Position numbers and translations under genes: made by a program. Of a DNA stretch of 64,000 nt, positions 20,555 through 30,955 are shown piece after piece (position 1 is the first letter of the stretch; each line of letters opens with the position of its first letter). Location of the stretch: assembly GCA_045576355.1 (NCBI GenBank), contig JAZNGG010000061.1, forward strand, positions 63,727-127,726. The letters are read 5' to 3'. A model generated the notes under the pieces. The model had not been told where the DNA came from, made no database searches, and saw only the letters and a list, made by a program, of their open reading frames with translations. The DNA is from Bacteroidales bacterium (GTDB taxonomy: Bacteria > Bacteroidota > Bacteroidia > Bacteroidales > UBA3663).

Positions 20555-20758
20555 ATTAAAAAACATAAAGTAACAGATATGACATACTACATACTTCAAA
20601 TGAATATCGGCTGTTTTTTAGGAGAAGCTTTGCCAGATAAGTTGCAAAGCTGACATTTATTTTTTTTAAGGACTTTCCCGAGAGTGATCTTATGGATGTT
20701 CGAAACTTAGAAAACATTTTTCAACGGCTCAGAGAGTGATCTTAGAGCCGTTTTTTCT
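20555..20758 (+). ncRNA. Candidate small RNA or leader transcript upstream of gyrB
   Basis: Bounded by the -7 box at 20541-20548 and the hairpin AACGGCTC/GAGCCGTT (20723-20752) plus T-run. An internal hairpin AGCTTTGC/GCAAAGCT (20626-20651) is followed by a T8 run (20660-20667). The 13-nt direct repeat GAGAGTGATCTTA occurs at 20680 and 20732. Only 24-aa and 15-aa ORFs are present. Confidence 0.3.
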
Positions 20759-20818
20759 TGCCCTAAAAAACTGTAATTTTTTCGGCAAAATAACCTTTGC
20801 TGATTCAAAAAAAAATGT

Positions 20819-20826
20819 TATCTTTG
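20819..20826 (+). promoter_or_regulatory. -7 box (TATCTTTG) for gyrB
   Basis: Exact TAnnTTTG, 25 nt upstream of the gyrB ATG. Confidence 0.5.
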
Positions 20827-20850
20827 CAAAGTTTTAGAAATACGTAAATT

Positions 20851-22785
20851 ATGGTAGAAAATCAGAATAATTATTCCGCCGAAAGTATTCAGGTCTTAGA
20901 GGGACTTGAGGCAGTTCGTAAACGTCCTGCGATGTATATCGGTGATATCAGTGACAAGGGTCTTCATCATTTGGTATATGAAGTAGTAGATAACTCCATC
21001 GATGAGGCTTTAGCTGGTTATGCATCTCATATTGAGGTGGTTATTTTGGAAGATAATTCGATAAAAGTTGTAGATAACGGACGAGGTATTCCGGTTGATA
21101 TGCATGAGAAAGAGCATAAATCTGCTCTTGAAGTTGTTCTTACCGTTCTTCATGCCGGAGGAAAGTTTGATAAGGGAACATATAAAGTTTCCGGAGGTCT
21201 TCATGGTGTCGGTGTTTCTTGTGTCAATGCATTGTCAGATTATCTCTGTGCAGAGGTGCGCCGTCAAGGTCATATTTATCGTCAAGAGTTTGCTTTCGGC
21301 AAACCTACCAGTCAAGTTCAGATTGTCGGAGACACCGATGAGACAGGAACAACAGTTGTTTTCCATCCGGATCCGTCCATTTTTACATCGACCGTTTATC
21401 AATATGATATATTAGCATCTCGTCTTAGAGATCTGGCATATTTGAATGCCGGTATCCATCTGACATTGACTGATGAGCGTGAGCGTCTTGAAGATGGAAC
21501 TTTTAAGCAGGATGTTTTCTATTCGACCAATGGTCTTAATGAATTTGTGCAGTGGCTGGATGAAAATCGTGAGCACTTGATACCGGATGTTATTCATTTG
21601 AATAAAGAGAGCAATGGAGTGCCGGTAGAGGTGGCTATGACTTACAACACCTCTTATAGTGAAACGATTTACACGTTTGTCAATAATATCAATACTCACG
21701 AGGGCGGTACCCATCTTGAGGGTTTTCGTTATGCATTAACCTCTACTTTAAAGAACTATGCCACAAAAGAGAAGATGCTGGAAAAGGCTAAAGTAGATGT
21801 GAAAGCAGATGACTTCAGAGAGGGATTGACAGCGGTTATTTCTGTCAAGGTTGCCGAACCACAATTTGAAGGTCAGACTAAAACCCGTTTGGGTAATGTC
21901 GAGATTCGTCCTGCAGTAAGCCAAGCTGTGTCAGCAGCACTCGAGAATTATTTAGAAGAGCACCCCAAAGAGGCTCATTTGATTGTCGAAAAGGTGATTT
22001 TGGCTGCACAAGCTCGCGTGGCAGCTCGTAAGGCACGAGAGGCTGTGCAGAAAAAGACAACATTGACCGGAGGCGGATTGCCCGGTAAATTGTCAGACTG
22101 CTCATCTAAGGATCCTGTAGAATGTGAGATTTTCCTTGTCGAGGGTGACTCTGCCGGTGGAACTGCCAAACAAGGGCGTGATCGTAATTTCCAGGCCATT
22201 CTACCTTTGCGTGGAAAAATCTTAAATGTGGAGAAAGTGCTTATCCATAAAATGCTCGAAAGTGAGGAAATCCAGAATATGTTCCGTGCTTTCCGTGTAA
22301 GCCTTCGTGAAGATAAAACGTTGGATATTTCCAATCTGCGTTATCATAAAGTTGTTATTATGACCGATGCGGATGTCGATGGTGCTCATATTGCGACATT
22401 ATTGCTTACGCTCTTCTTCCGCTATATGCGTCCTTTGATCGAGGAGGGTTATGTATATATCGCTCAAGCACCCCTTTATAAGTGTACAAAGGGTAAGATA
22501 GAAGAGTATTGTTGGGATGATGCAGCTCGCGAAATGTTTATTATGCGTTATGGGGATGGTCAGGAGAATCAGATTAAAACCCAGCGTTATAAAGGTTTGG
22601 GAGAAATGAATGCCGAACAACTTTGGGATACTACGATGAATCCTGATCACCGTCATTTGAAACGAGTAAGCATTGAAGATGCTATTAAAGCTGATCAGAC
22701 ATTCTCCATGTTGATGGGAGAGGAGGTAGCACCGCGTAGAGATTTTATCGTTGCTAATTCGGATATCGCTAATATTGATGCATAA
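20851..22785 (+). CDS. gyrB: DNA gyrase subunit B
   Basis: 'YSAESIQVLEGLEAVRKRPAMYIGD', 'LHHLVYEVVDNSIDEA', 'GGLHGVG', 'LVEGDSAGG', 'IMTDADVDGAHI'. Confidence 0.97.
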   Translation: MVENQNNYSAESIQVLEGLEAVRKRPAMYIGDISDKGLHHLVYEVVDNSIDEALAGYASHIEVVILEDNSIKVVDNGRGIPVDMHEKEHKSALEVVLTVLHAGGKFDKGTYKVSGGLHGVGVSCVNALSDYLCAEVRRQGHIYRQEFAFGKPTSQVQIVGDTDETGTTVVFHPDPSIFTSTVYQYDILASRLRDLAYLNAGIHLTLTDERERLEDGTFKQDVFYSTNGLNEFVQWLDENREHLIPDVIHLNKESNGVPVEVAMTYNTSYSETIYTFVNNINTHEGGTHLEGFRYALTSTLKNYATKEKMLEKAKVDVKADDFREGLTAVISVKVAEPQFEGQTKTRLGNVEIRPAVSQAVSAALENYLEEHPKEAHLIVEKVILAAQARVAARKAREAVQKKTTLTGGGLPGKLSDCSSKDPVECEIFLVEGDSAGGTAKQGRDRNFQAILPLRGKILNVEKVLIHKMLESEEIQNMFRAFRVSLREDKTLDISNLRYHKVVIMTDADVDGAHIATLLLTLFFRYMRPLIEEGYVYIAQAPLYKCTKGKIEEYCWDDAAREMFIMRYGDGQENQIKTQRYKGLGEMNAEQLWDTTMNPDHRHLKRVSIEDAIKADQTFSMLMGEEVAPRRDFIVANSDIANIDA

Positions 22786-22876
22786 ATTGTTATCATACTG
22801 AAAGGGTGATATTGAGATAAAGAGATTGCTATTCAGAATAAGATTAGCAAGAGTCTTAAATCGGGTAACCTAACAA

Positions 22877-22905
22877 GAGAGGCTGCGTTTGCAGCCTCTT
22901 TTTGC
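22877..22905 (+). terminator. Intrinsic terminator after gyrB
   Basis: AGAGGCTGC (22878-22886) pairs with GCAGCCTCT (22891-22899), loop GTTT, followed by TTTTTG. Confidence 0.8.
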
Positions 22906-23064
22906 ATGAATGAAGTTATTTCCTATGCTGAAATTTTTTTTTTCACAAGGATTGTGTTATCTTCGCAGCAGTCATTTTATATTGGCTTTTTATAGAGAAT
23001 TAGATGTATTGTCAATATTGACAGAGAAACAACGTGTATAATAATTTTAGTTAAAGGCTTAGAT

Positions 23065-23670
23065 ATGTTTTCTGGAATTGTAGAAGAACCGGCTCGTGTT
23101 GTAGCTCTCCGTAAAGAAGGTACTAATTTACACCTTACGATGACATGCTCGTTTGTCTCTGAATTAAAAATTGATCAGAGTATAGCACATAATGGAGTAT
23201 GTCTTACAGTGGTAGATATAAAAGATGATACTTATACAGTGACTGCCATGCAGGAGACATTGTTGCGTTCTAACCTTGGGAAATTGCAGGTCGGTGATTG
23301 GGTCAATTTGGAGAGGAGTATGCTGATGAATGGACGTCTGGATGGACATATTGTCCAGGGACATGTGGATTGTGTCGCTCATTGTACTCAAGTGGAGGAC
23401 GTTGATGGCAGTCATTATTATACATTCGTTTATGATATTTCTCCAGAATTAGTGCGACAGGGGTATATTACTGTCGAAAAGGGGTCGATCACAGTCAATG
23501 GTGTGAGTCTGACTGTATGTGATTCGCAAAAAGATTCTTTTCGTGTAGCCATAATTCCTTATACTTATGAACATACGAACTTTTGCCGTATAGAGGTGGG
23601 GACGATCGTAAATTTGGAATTTGATATTATCGGAAAGTATATCAGCAAGATCAATAGTTATAACCAGTAA
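23065..23670 (+). CDS. ribE: Riboflavin synthase alpha subunit
   Basis: 'MFSGIVEE' start and an internally duplicated barrel ('NGVCLTV' / 'NGVSLTV'). Confidence 0.9.
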   Translation: MFSGIVEEPARVVALRKEGTNLHLTMTCSFVSELKIDQSIAHNGVCLTVVDIKDDTYTVTAMQETLLRSNLGKLQVGDWVNLERSMLMNGRLDGHIVQGHVDCVAHCTQVEDVDGSHYYTFVYDISPELVRQGYITVEKGSITVNGVSLTVCDSQKDSFRVAIIPYTYEHTNFCRIEVGTIVNLEFDIIGKYISKINSYNQ

Positions 23671-23675
23671 TCGAT

Positions 23676-24542
23676 ATGTTGCCTTTTAATATTGTAACAT
23701 GGACGGCAGATCCGACCTTGTTTACCATTGACTTGGGATTTTTTGAATTTCAGTTGAGATGGTATCCTTTGATGTTTCTCATTGGATTTGCTTTAGGTAT
23801 TTGGATCATGGAAAGAATCTATGCGCGAGAGGGTTTGAATCCAGAGCGAGTGTATAAACTTTTCATTTATACTTTTATAGGAACCGTGGTCGGAGCCCGA
23901 TTGGGACATTGTCTTTTTTATGATCCTTCTTATTATTTAGCACATCCGATAGAGATATTAAAAACCTATAAAGGAGGATTGGCAAGCCATGGTGGTACGA
24001 TAGGAGTAGTTTTAGCGGTATTGTTATATGCAAAGAAAGATCATGTTGGCAAATTGTGGATATTAGATCGACTTGCAATTGCTGTTGCTCCTGTCGCAGC
24101 GTTGATACGTATGGGAAATTTATTTAATCATGAAATATATGGATATGAGACTGCTTTACCCTGGGGATTCCGTTTTATTGAGAATATCCATCAGTGGGAG
24201 CGTGGAGCCGAACCAATTTTCACTGCTCCATCTCATCCTACTCAAATTTATGAGGCATTAGCATATCTTGTTATTTTTGCATTCCTTTTGTGGTTATATT
24301 TCCGAACAGATAGCCCCAAACGTTCCGGATTATTGTTAGGTGTCTTTATGTTAGGTGTTTTCGGATCTCGATTCTTGATAGAGTATGTAAAAAATGTACA
24401 AGAAGACTTTGAAGAGGGAATGTTGCTCGATATGGGACAAATATTAAGTATCCCATTCATCATTTGGGGAGCCTGGTTGATTGTTCGTGCCTTAAAACGA
24501 CCTTTACAAGAGGAGAATAAGAGACCTCAACCGCGGATATAG
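23676..24542 (+). CDS. lgt: Prolipoprotein diacylglyceryl transferase
   Basis: Polytopic membrane protein with 'YKGGLASHGGTIGV' and 'RMGNLFNHEIYG' Lgt signatures. Confidence 0.9.
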   Translation: MLPFNIVTWTADPTLFTIDLGFFEFQLRWYPLMFLIGFALGIWIMERIYAREGLNPERVYKLFIYTFIGTVVGARLGHCLFYDPSYYLAHPIEILKTYKGGLASHGGTIGVVLAVLLYAKKDHVGKLWILDRLAIAVAPVAALIRMGNLFNHEIYGYETALPWGFRFIENIHQWERGAEPIFTAPSHPTQIYEALAYLVIFAFLLWLYFRTDSPKRSGLLLGVFMLGVFGSRFLIEYVKNVQEDFEEGMLLDMGQILSIPFIIWGAWLIVRALKRPLQEENKRPQPRI

Positions 24543-24620
24543 AAATAAGGGTTTTGATACTTGTTATATTTAAATATAGTTATTATTTGGGTTTTGATAC
24601 ATCACTAAAATTCAGAGTAT

Positions 24621-25268
24621 ATGATACAGGTAGCTCCATCTTTTCTTGCAGTAGATTATGCATATGTCGCTCGTGATATTGAAATGGTAAATCAAAGTGA
24701 AGCCGATTGGTTGCACTATGATGTCATGGATGGTTCTTTTGTTCCTAATATATCTTTTGGCTTTCCGATTTTGGCTACGTTGAGCAAAATTTCTCAAAAA
24801 CCAATCGATGTCCACATGATGGTGGTTCAGCCGGAGCGTTGGATTTCCCGTATGCGAGATTATGGAGTCAGAATGCTGACGATTCATCAAGAGGCATGTC
24901 CTCATCTTCATCGCACTATACAACAAATTCATGAGGCTGGGATGTCAGCTGGTGTTGCTATTAATCCGGCTACGTCTATTACTGTTTTAGAAGAGATTAT
25001 TACAGATGTAGATCTTGTCTTGAATATGACTGTCAATCCCGGATTTGGAGGACAAAAGTTCATTCCTTCTATGTTGGACAAGGTTGGCCGTCTTAAAGAG
25101 TTGATCTTACGTCATGACTCGCATGCTCTAATCGAGGTAGATGGTGGAGTTAATCTTGAGACTGGAGCTTTACTGAAAGCTGCCGGAGCAGATATCCTTG
25201 TGTCCGGTAATACGATTTTCAGCAGTGAAGATCCTCTGCAGATGATACATGATCTGAAGTCACTATAA
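24621..25268 (+). CDS. rpe: Ribulose-phosphate 3-epimerase
   Basis: 'PSFLAVDYA', 'LHYDVMDGSFVPNISFG', 'DVHMMV', 'MTVNPGFGGQKF', 'EVDGG'. Confidence 0.92.
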   Translation: MIQVAPSFLAVDYAYVARDIEMVNQSEADWLHYDVMDGSFVPNISFGFPILATLSKISQKPIDVHMMVVQPERWISRMRDYGVRMLTIHQEACPHLHRTIQQIHEAGMSAGVAINPATSITVLEEIITDVDLVLNMTVNPGFGGQKFIPSMLDKVGRLKELILRHDSHALIEVDGGVNLETGALLKAAGADILVSGNTIFSSEDPLQMIHDLKSL

Positions 25269-25286
25269 AATCAAATTTTATTTGTT

Positions 25287-26870
25287 ATGTTTCCTATACC
25301 CGCTATCATGCGCCTATTGTTTGCTATGATTGCGGGTATTTTATTGGCAGATCTGTTACAATCTGTCTTTCCTCTTTATATCATTGGGATATTAAGTGTA
25401 GTGGTGGCAAGTATAGCTTTTATATTACGTGCCTCCTCTCGTTTTGTGATTCGAGTGCGTAGCCAATTGTGGACCGGAGCAGCTTTGCTTTTGTTTTTTA
25501 CCGGGGTCGGTTATGTGAAAACATTATCAGATGTCTCACCCATCGAACACGAGAAAAGGAGAGAGAGAATGCTTTTGGAGGTACAAACTTCTGGGAAACA
25601 GAAGCCCAAAACGACTGCCTATCGAGTAAAGCATACAGATACAGAACGCGAATATATGCTTTACCTACGAGGAGAGCATTCTCTGATGCCCGGCGATATG
25701 TTGCGAGCAGATGCTGTTGTCTATCCCTTGTCAGATACTATTCCATATCATGATTATCTTCATCGTCATGGGATCTCCGGAACACTCTTTGCCAGAAATG
25801 CAGAAATAATTGAGAATCAAAATGTTTCATTGTTATTACAATTACGACGAACATCTGAAAATATTCGTATGTGGTGCTCTTATCGTTTAGATTATTCTGA
25901 TGCACCCGATGCTGTAAAGGCTTTGTGTTTGGGTTGTTTATTTGGAGATAAGTCCGGTTTCTCATCAGATGTTATAGAGGACTTTAGTTATTCGGGGATG
26001 AGCCATTTGTTAGCAGTTTCCGGTCTTCATGTAGGTGTCGTTTTTGCCATTATTAGTTTTATCTTGCTGTTTTTTAAGCGTCTTATCTCCAATGTTTTAC
26101 TTCGGATAATATCTTTAATCTTTCTTTGGGGATATATTCTTTTGGTCGGTTTCCCTCCTTCTGCCATCCGAGCTGCCGTGATGTTTACTTTGATGGTTGT
26201 TTCCGGATTACTTCGTCGAGATTCTTTCGGGTGGCATTCATTGAGTGTCGCTGCTTTGTTTTTGCTGTTATATGATAGCCGTCTATTGTGGGATTTATCT
26301 TTTCAGATGAGTTTCTTGGCTGCTGCGGGTATTTTGTTGGTTCGCCCGGATTTGCATGCATTAGCTCAAATGAAAAACATTCATTATCCCTCTTATGTAA
26401 ATAAAAAGTCATTAAGATGGCGTTGTTTTAGATTGGGCAGATATATAATGGTTTGGCTATATTCTTCTCTATTGGTAACTTTTTCAGCCCAATTATTTAC
26501 CCTCCCTATAGTCTTATATTATTTTCATCATCTTCCTCTTTTGTCTTTTCTCCCGACATTATTGGTCCTTCCTTTACTGACTCTTTTTCTATTGTTGTTG
26601 ATATTGTTCTTAGCGATTCATTTCTGCATATTCTTTTTCTCAGTTGGGTTATTTTATGATTTTTTTATTGGATTATCAGATTTTTGCTGGATAGGAGTTG
26701 AGTATTTGGCTTATTGGATTTTATCTGTTGCTCATTGGACACATGATATGGATTTGTTCCTCTTTGGAGATATATTATGGTACCCGGACCAATTAGATGT
26801 TTTTTTGATGTATTTGCTACTTTTCCTCATTGTTTTGTATTGGAGAGTCTATCGTACTCGCTATAATTAA
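25287..26870 (+). CDS. ComEC/Rec2-family membrane protein
   Basis: N-terminal TMs plus an OB-like insert, then the core 'YSGMSHLLAVSGLHVG', followed by many TMs. Confidence 0.8.
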   Translation: MFPIPAIMRLLFAMIAGILLADLLQSVFPLYIIGILSVVVASIAFILRASSRFVIRVRSQLWTGAALLLFFTGVGYVKTLSDVSPIEHEKRRERMLLEVQTSGKQKPKTTAYRVKHTDTEREYMLYLRGEHSLMPGDMLRADAVVYPLSDTIPYHDYLHRHGISGTLFARNAEIIENQNVSLLLQLRRTSENIRMWCSYRLDYSDAPDAVKALCLGCLFGDKSGFSSDVIEDFSYSGMSHLLAVSGLHVGVVFAIISFILLFFKRLISNVLLRIISLIFLWGYILLVGFPPSAIRAAVMFTLMVVSGLLRRDSFGWHSLSVAALFLLLYDSRLLWDLSFQMSFLAAAGILLVRPDLHALAQMKNIHYPSYVNKKSLRWRCFRLGRYIMVWLYSSLLVTFSAQLFTLPIVLYYFHHLPLLSFLPTLLVLPLLTLFLLLLILFLAIHFCIFFFSVGLFYDFFIGLSDFCWIGVEYLAYWILSVAHWTHDMDLFLFGDILWYPDQLDVFLMYLLLFLIVLYWRVYRTRYN

Positions 26871-27086
26871 TCAAAATTCTCTCATAATTCTAATGATTGG
26901 AAATGAATTTTAAGAAAAGAATTCAGGTTTAACGATTTGATAAATAATAAGATTTGAGATGTCATTGCACGATTGGAAATCTAATAATATGAAACATTTT
27001 ATTATATAATTGATACATTCGATGTGGCTGTTTTTATGTGTATCAAAATATTGAACTTTTTATTATTTGTAATTTCTGAAATATCT

Positions 27087-27094
27087 TATCTTTG
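27087..27094 (+). promoter_or_regulatory. -7 box (TATCTTTG) for the xylan cluster
   Basis: Exact TAnnTTTG, 88 nt upstream of the symporter ATG. TTTG at 27066-27069 is a possible -33 element. Confidence 0.5.
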
Positions 27095-27181
27095 CAATCG
27101 TAGTGATATTTAGAGATTACTATTTAGATTTCAATTTTTATTTAGTGTTTTGATTTATTATTTAATTATTATAATATCCAT

Positions 27182-28609
27182 ATGAATTCTTCTACTAATA
27201 AAATTTGTGCAACAGAACAAGGCTTTTATAAATTGTCTTGGCTACAACGGATCGGCTTCGGTTCAGGAGATTTGGCTCAGAATCTGATTTATCAGACAGT
27301 TTCGATGTATTTACTTTTTTTCTATACAGATGTTTATGGCCTTGATCCGGCTGCTGCCGCTACGATGTTTTTAGTTGTCCGTCTGATAGATGTATTATGG
27401 GACCCGTTGGTAGGTGCTTATGTTGATAAACATACTCCCAGGTTAGGTAAATATAGATCATATTTAGTCTTTGGAGGTATTCCGTTGACAGGTTTGGCTA
27501 TTTTGTGCTTTTGGGATGGTTTTGCTCCCTCATTGATTTATGCATATATTACCTATGTGGTTTTGTCTATGCTTTATACGTTAATCAATGTTCCCTATGG
27601 AGCTCTTAATTCCTCATTGACACGAGACACAAATGAAATAACCATATTGACTTCAACCCGAATGTTTATGGCTAATGTCGGAGGTTTGGCTGTTTCAGCA
27701 GGAGTCCCGATATTGGTGGCATATTTGGCATTTCATAAGGTAGCTTATGAGACTATAGAAATGGCTTTATTCATGGGTTTAGGTTCATTGCCTGCTTTTA
27801 TTTTTATGCCCATGGTTCCTGCTATCAAACGTAAGGTTGGCAAGAAAGGGATGTTTTATATCTTCCTTTCTGTCGCTATTGTTGGAATGGCTATGCTTTA
27901 TGTCATCAGTAAGATGGGGACAATCAGTGATAATATTGTTTGGGTTTATGTGGCTCAATTTATTAAGTCCACCGGTGTGATTGTTGCTACCGGTTATATG
28001 TGGGCTCTGATTCCGGAAGTTATTTCGTATGCAGAGTACACAACCGGTCGGCGTATTTCCGGTATTGTCAATGCTTTGACCGGAATCTTTTATAAGGCTG
28101 GTATGGCCCTTGGAGGTGTCGTTCCCGGATTGGTCCTTGCTTATACACAGTATCAGAAAGCCGAAGAGGCTAATGCTATGCCTAAGGATGCGGATGCATG
28201 GTTTAATGCAATGTTGATTTTTGCATTAACTGGTTTGGCTCTATTAATATTTTGTTTTAGCCAGACGAAAGAGCGCGTTGTAATGGATGAAAAAGAGACT
28301 GCCAATGTTAAAGTTATGGATCTTTTTACAGAGTTTTTCCGTAATCGCCCGTTACGTATCATTGCACTCTTTTTTATAACAGCCTTTGCTATGATGTCTG
28401 TGGGCAATGCTGCTGGAGCATATTTTATGAATAATTTAGAATTGCAAACTCCATTGGCTCAAGAGGGAATTCGTTGGTTGGTTTGTGTAATCCCGGCATT
28501 ATTGCTTCTTTTGGCAATGTTTATCATTTCCAAATATGAATTAGATGATGCTACGATAGATAAAATCAATCGAGAAATAGAGGCTCGTGCCTCTTCTGAA
28601 AAGAAATGA
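27182..28609 (+). CDS. Glycoside-pentoside-hexuronide (GPH):cation symporter, MFS superfamily
   Basis: 12-TM profile. 'GFGSGDLAQNLIYQTVSMYLLFFYTDV' and 'RLIDVLWDPLVGAYVDK' are typical MelB/XynP-type N-terminal motifs. Confidence 0.85.
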   Translation: MNSSTNKICATEQGFYKLSWLQRIGFGSGDLAQNLIYQTVSMYLLFFYTDVYGLDPAAAATMFLVVRLIDVLWDPLVGAYVDKHTPRLGKYRSYLVFGGIPLTGLAILCFWDGFAPSLIYAYITYVVLSMLYTLINVPYGALNSSLTRDTNEITILTSTRMFMANVGGLAVSAGVPILVAYLAFHKVAYETIEMALFMGLGSLPAFIFMPMVPAIKRKVGKKGMFYIFLSVAIVGMAMLYVISKMGTISDNIVWVYVAQFIKSTGVIVATGYMWALIPEVISYAEYTTGRRISGIVNALTGIFYKAGMALGGVVPGLVLAYTQYQKAEEANAMPKDADAWFNAMLIFALTGLALLIFCFSQTKERVVMDEKETANVKVMDLFTEFFRNRPLRIIALFFITAFAMMSVGNAAGAYFMNNLELQTPLAQEGIRWLVCVIPALLLLLAMFIISKYELDDATIDKINREIEARASSEKK

Positions 28610-28687
28610 GTTATGTTATAATTATTGAATTGAGTCAATAATAAATCGATTAATAGATGTTTTCACTTTTTTATAAAAATAACAATC

Positions 28688-29827
28688 ATGAATATTAGAG
28701 GAATATTTATTACGTTATGCGCCTTGTGTGTTTCATTTATGGTGTCAGGTCAAGAGGTCCCTACATTAAAAGATGTACCACTGAAAGATGCCTTTGGAGA
28801 TAGATTCCTTGTTGGAACAGCGCTTAATGTCCGTCAAATTTTCGAAAAGGATGCAAAAGGTGCAGCAGTTGCCAAGCATCACTTCAATTCGATTGTTGCC
28901 GAAAATTGTATGAAGTGTGAAGAAATACATCCTCAAGAGAATATTTATAATTGGACAGAGGCTGATCGTTTTGTAAAATTTGGAGAAGATAATGACATGG
29001 TTATTATTGGCCATTGTCTGATTTGGCATTCGCAGTTGGCTCCTTGGTTTTGTAAAGATGATAATGGAGATTTGGTTTCGCCAGAAGTACTACGTAAACG
29101 GATGAAAGATCACATAACAACGATTGTCCGTCGATATAAAGGTAGGATTTTCGGTTGGGATGTTGTTAATGAGGCGATAGAGGATGATGGAAGTTATAGA
29201 AATTCTGATTTCTATCGTATATTAGGAGAAGAGTATATACCTTTGGCATTCCAATTTGCTCATGAAGCAGACCCCAATGCAGAGCTATATTATAATGATT
29301 TCTCAATGGATAAACCCGGTAAACGAGCAACCGTGGTTAAGTTAGTAAAAGATTTACAGGCTAAAGGTATTCGAATCGATGCTGTCGGAATGCAAAGCCA
29401 TATGGGATTAGATCATCCGGAGTTATTTGAGTTTGAGACTAGTCTAAAGGCGTATGCAGAAACAGGAGTAAAAGTGATGATAACCGAATGGGATGTAAGT
29501 GCATTGCCCTTGGTGAAACGGGGAGCAAATGTCGGTGATAGAGTGGCTTATCGTAAATCTCTTAACCCATATCCTGATGGCTTGCCGGAGAATGTCTCAA
29601 AAGAATGGAATGATCGTATGACTGAGATTTTTAATATATTCCTGAAGCATTCAGATGTTATTTCTCGTGTAACAGCATGGGGTATTTCGGATGAGGATTC
29701 CTGGAAAAATAATTGGCCGGTAAGAGGGCGTACGGAGTATCCATTGCTTTTTGATCGGGATTATCAGATGAAACCTTTTTTGCAGAAGGCTATTAAAAAG
29801 CATGGTAAGAAAAGAAAAAGTAAATAA
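28688..29827 (+). CDS. Endo-1,4-beta-xylanase, GH10, secreted
   Basis: Signal peptide; '[11 protein letters not shown]', 'GHCLIWHSQ', 'WDVVNEA' (acid/base Glu) and 'ITEWDV' (nucleophile Glu). Confidence 0.88.
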   Translation: MNIRGIFITLCALCVSFMVSGQEVPTLKDVPLKDAFGDRFLVGTALNVRQIFEKDAKGAAVAKHHFNSIVAENCMKCEEIHPQENIYNWTEADRFVKFGEDNDMVIIGHCLIWHSQLAPWFCKDDNGDLVSPEVLRKRMKDHITTIVRRYKGRIFGWDVVNEAIEDDGSYRNSDFYRILGEEYIPLAFQFAHEADPNAELYYNDFSMDKPGKRATVVKLVKDLQAKGIRIDAVGMQSHMGLDHPELFEFETSLKAYAETGVKVMITEWDVSALPLVKRGANVGDRVAYRKSLNPYPDGLPENVSKEWNDRMTEIFNIFLKHSDVISRVTAWGISDEDSWKNNWPVRGRTEYPLLFDRDYQMKPFLQKAIKKHGKKRKSK

Positions 29828-29897
29828 TAATTGAGGTTCGTTTATCGATATAAATATGATAAGTAATAATATTAATTGTAATTTAAATATTGTTTAT

Positions 29898-30869
29898 ATG
29901 AAAAAAAGATATTTAGTGCCAGAAGATTATATGGCAGATCCGTCCGTTCATGTTTTTAATGATCGTCTTTATATTTATCCTTCTCATGACAGAGAGAGCG
30001 GTATCGAAGAGAATGATAATGGAGATCATTTTGATATGAAAGATTATCATGTTTTTTCGACCGAAGACCCTATGGAAGGAGATGTTGTAGATCATGGTGT
30101 TGTTCTTGATGTAGATGATATCCCGTGGGCAGGTCGGCAATTGTGGGACTGCGATGTGGCGGAAAAAGATGGAAAGTATTATATGTATTTTCCTTTAAAA
30201 GATAAGAATGACATTTTTCGTATTGGTGTTGCAGTAAGTGATAAACCAGAAGGTCCATTTATTCCTAAGAGTGATCCGATAAAGGGTAGTTATAGTATTG
30301 ATCCCGCTGTTATCAAAGATGAAGATGGACATTATTATATGTATTTTGGAGGCCTTTGGGGAGGACAATTGCAACGATATCGCGATAATAAAGCCCTCGA
30401 ATGTGCACGTCTCAACGAAGATCATGAGCCAGCAATCCCTGCACGTGTGGTTCGTTTGACTGATGATATGTTTGAGTTTGCAGAGGAACCACGTTCGGTT
30501 GTAATTTTAGATGAAGAGGGCAATCCTTTAACTGCTGGTGATAACGACCGCCGTTTTTTTGAGGCCAGCTGGATGCATAAGTATAATGGGAAGTATTATT
30601 TTTCATATTCTACCGGTGACACACATAGACTTTGTTATGCAATCGGTGATAATCCCTATGGACCTTTTACATATCAGGGGGTTATTTTAACACCTGTAAT
30701 TGGTTGGACCACACATCATTCTATTGTTGAGTATAAAGGGAAATGGTATCTTTTCCATCATGATAGTGTTCCATCCGGAGGTAAAACTTGGCTGCGCAGT
30801 TTAAAAGTTTGCGAACTGCAATATGACCAAGAAGGACATATTTTGCCGATAGAGGGTTTGGAACAATAA
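29898..30869 (+). CDS. GH43 beta-xylosidase/alpha-L-arabinofuranosidase, no signal peptide
   Basis: The ATG at 29898 (MKKRYLVPEDYMADPSVHVF..) is preferred. 'ADPSVHVFNDRLYIY', 'WAGRQLWDCDV', 'IDPAV', 'FFEASWMHKYNGKYYFSYS' five-bladed propeller motifs. Confidence 0.85.
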   Translation: MKKRYLVPEDYMADPSVHVFNDRLYIYPSHDRESGIEENDNGDHFDMKDYHVFSTEDPMEGDVVDHGVVLDVDDIPWAGRQLWDCDVAEKDGKYYMYFPLKDKNDIFRIGVAVSDKPEGPFIPKSDPIKGSYSIDPAVIKDEDGHYYMYFGGLWGGQLQRYRDNKALECARLNEDHEPAIPARVVRLTDDMFEFAEEPRSVVILDEEGNPLTAGDNDRRFFEASWMHKYNGKYYFSYSTGDTHRLCYAIGDNPYGPFTYQGVILTPVIGWTTHHSIVEYKGKWYLFHHDSVPSGGKTWLRSLKVCELQYDQEGHILPIEGLEQ

Positions 30870-30955
30870 TAGGGAAATGATATGAGGTAACGGATTGGAG
30901 CCGAAAGGCTCCATTCTGTTACTTTTTTGTAATTAATAAAAAGCTATATATAGAT

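Noticed and set aside
22906-23064. FMN (RFN) riboswitch upstream of ribE, and likewise upstream of ribH (40350-40392)
   Set aside because: No RFN-like conserved segments are recognisable by eye. ribH has only a 43-nt gap to the upstream TPR gene. A covariance-model scan would be needed to be certain.
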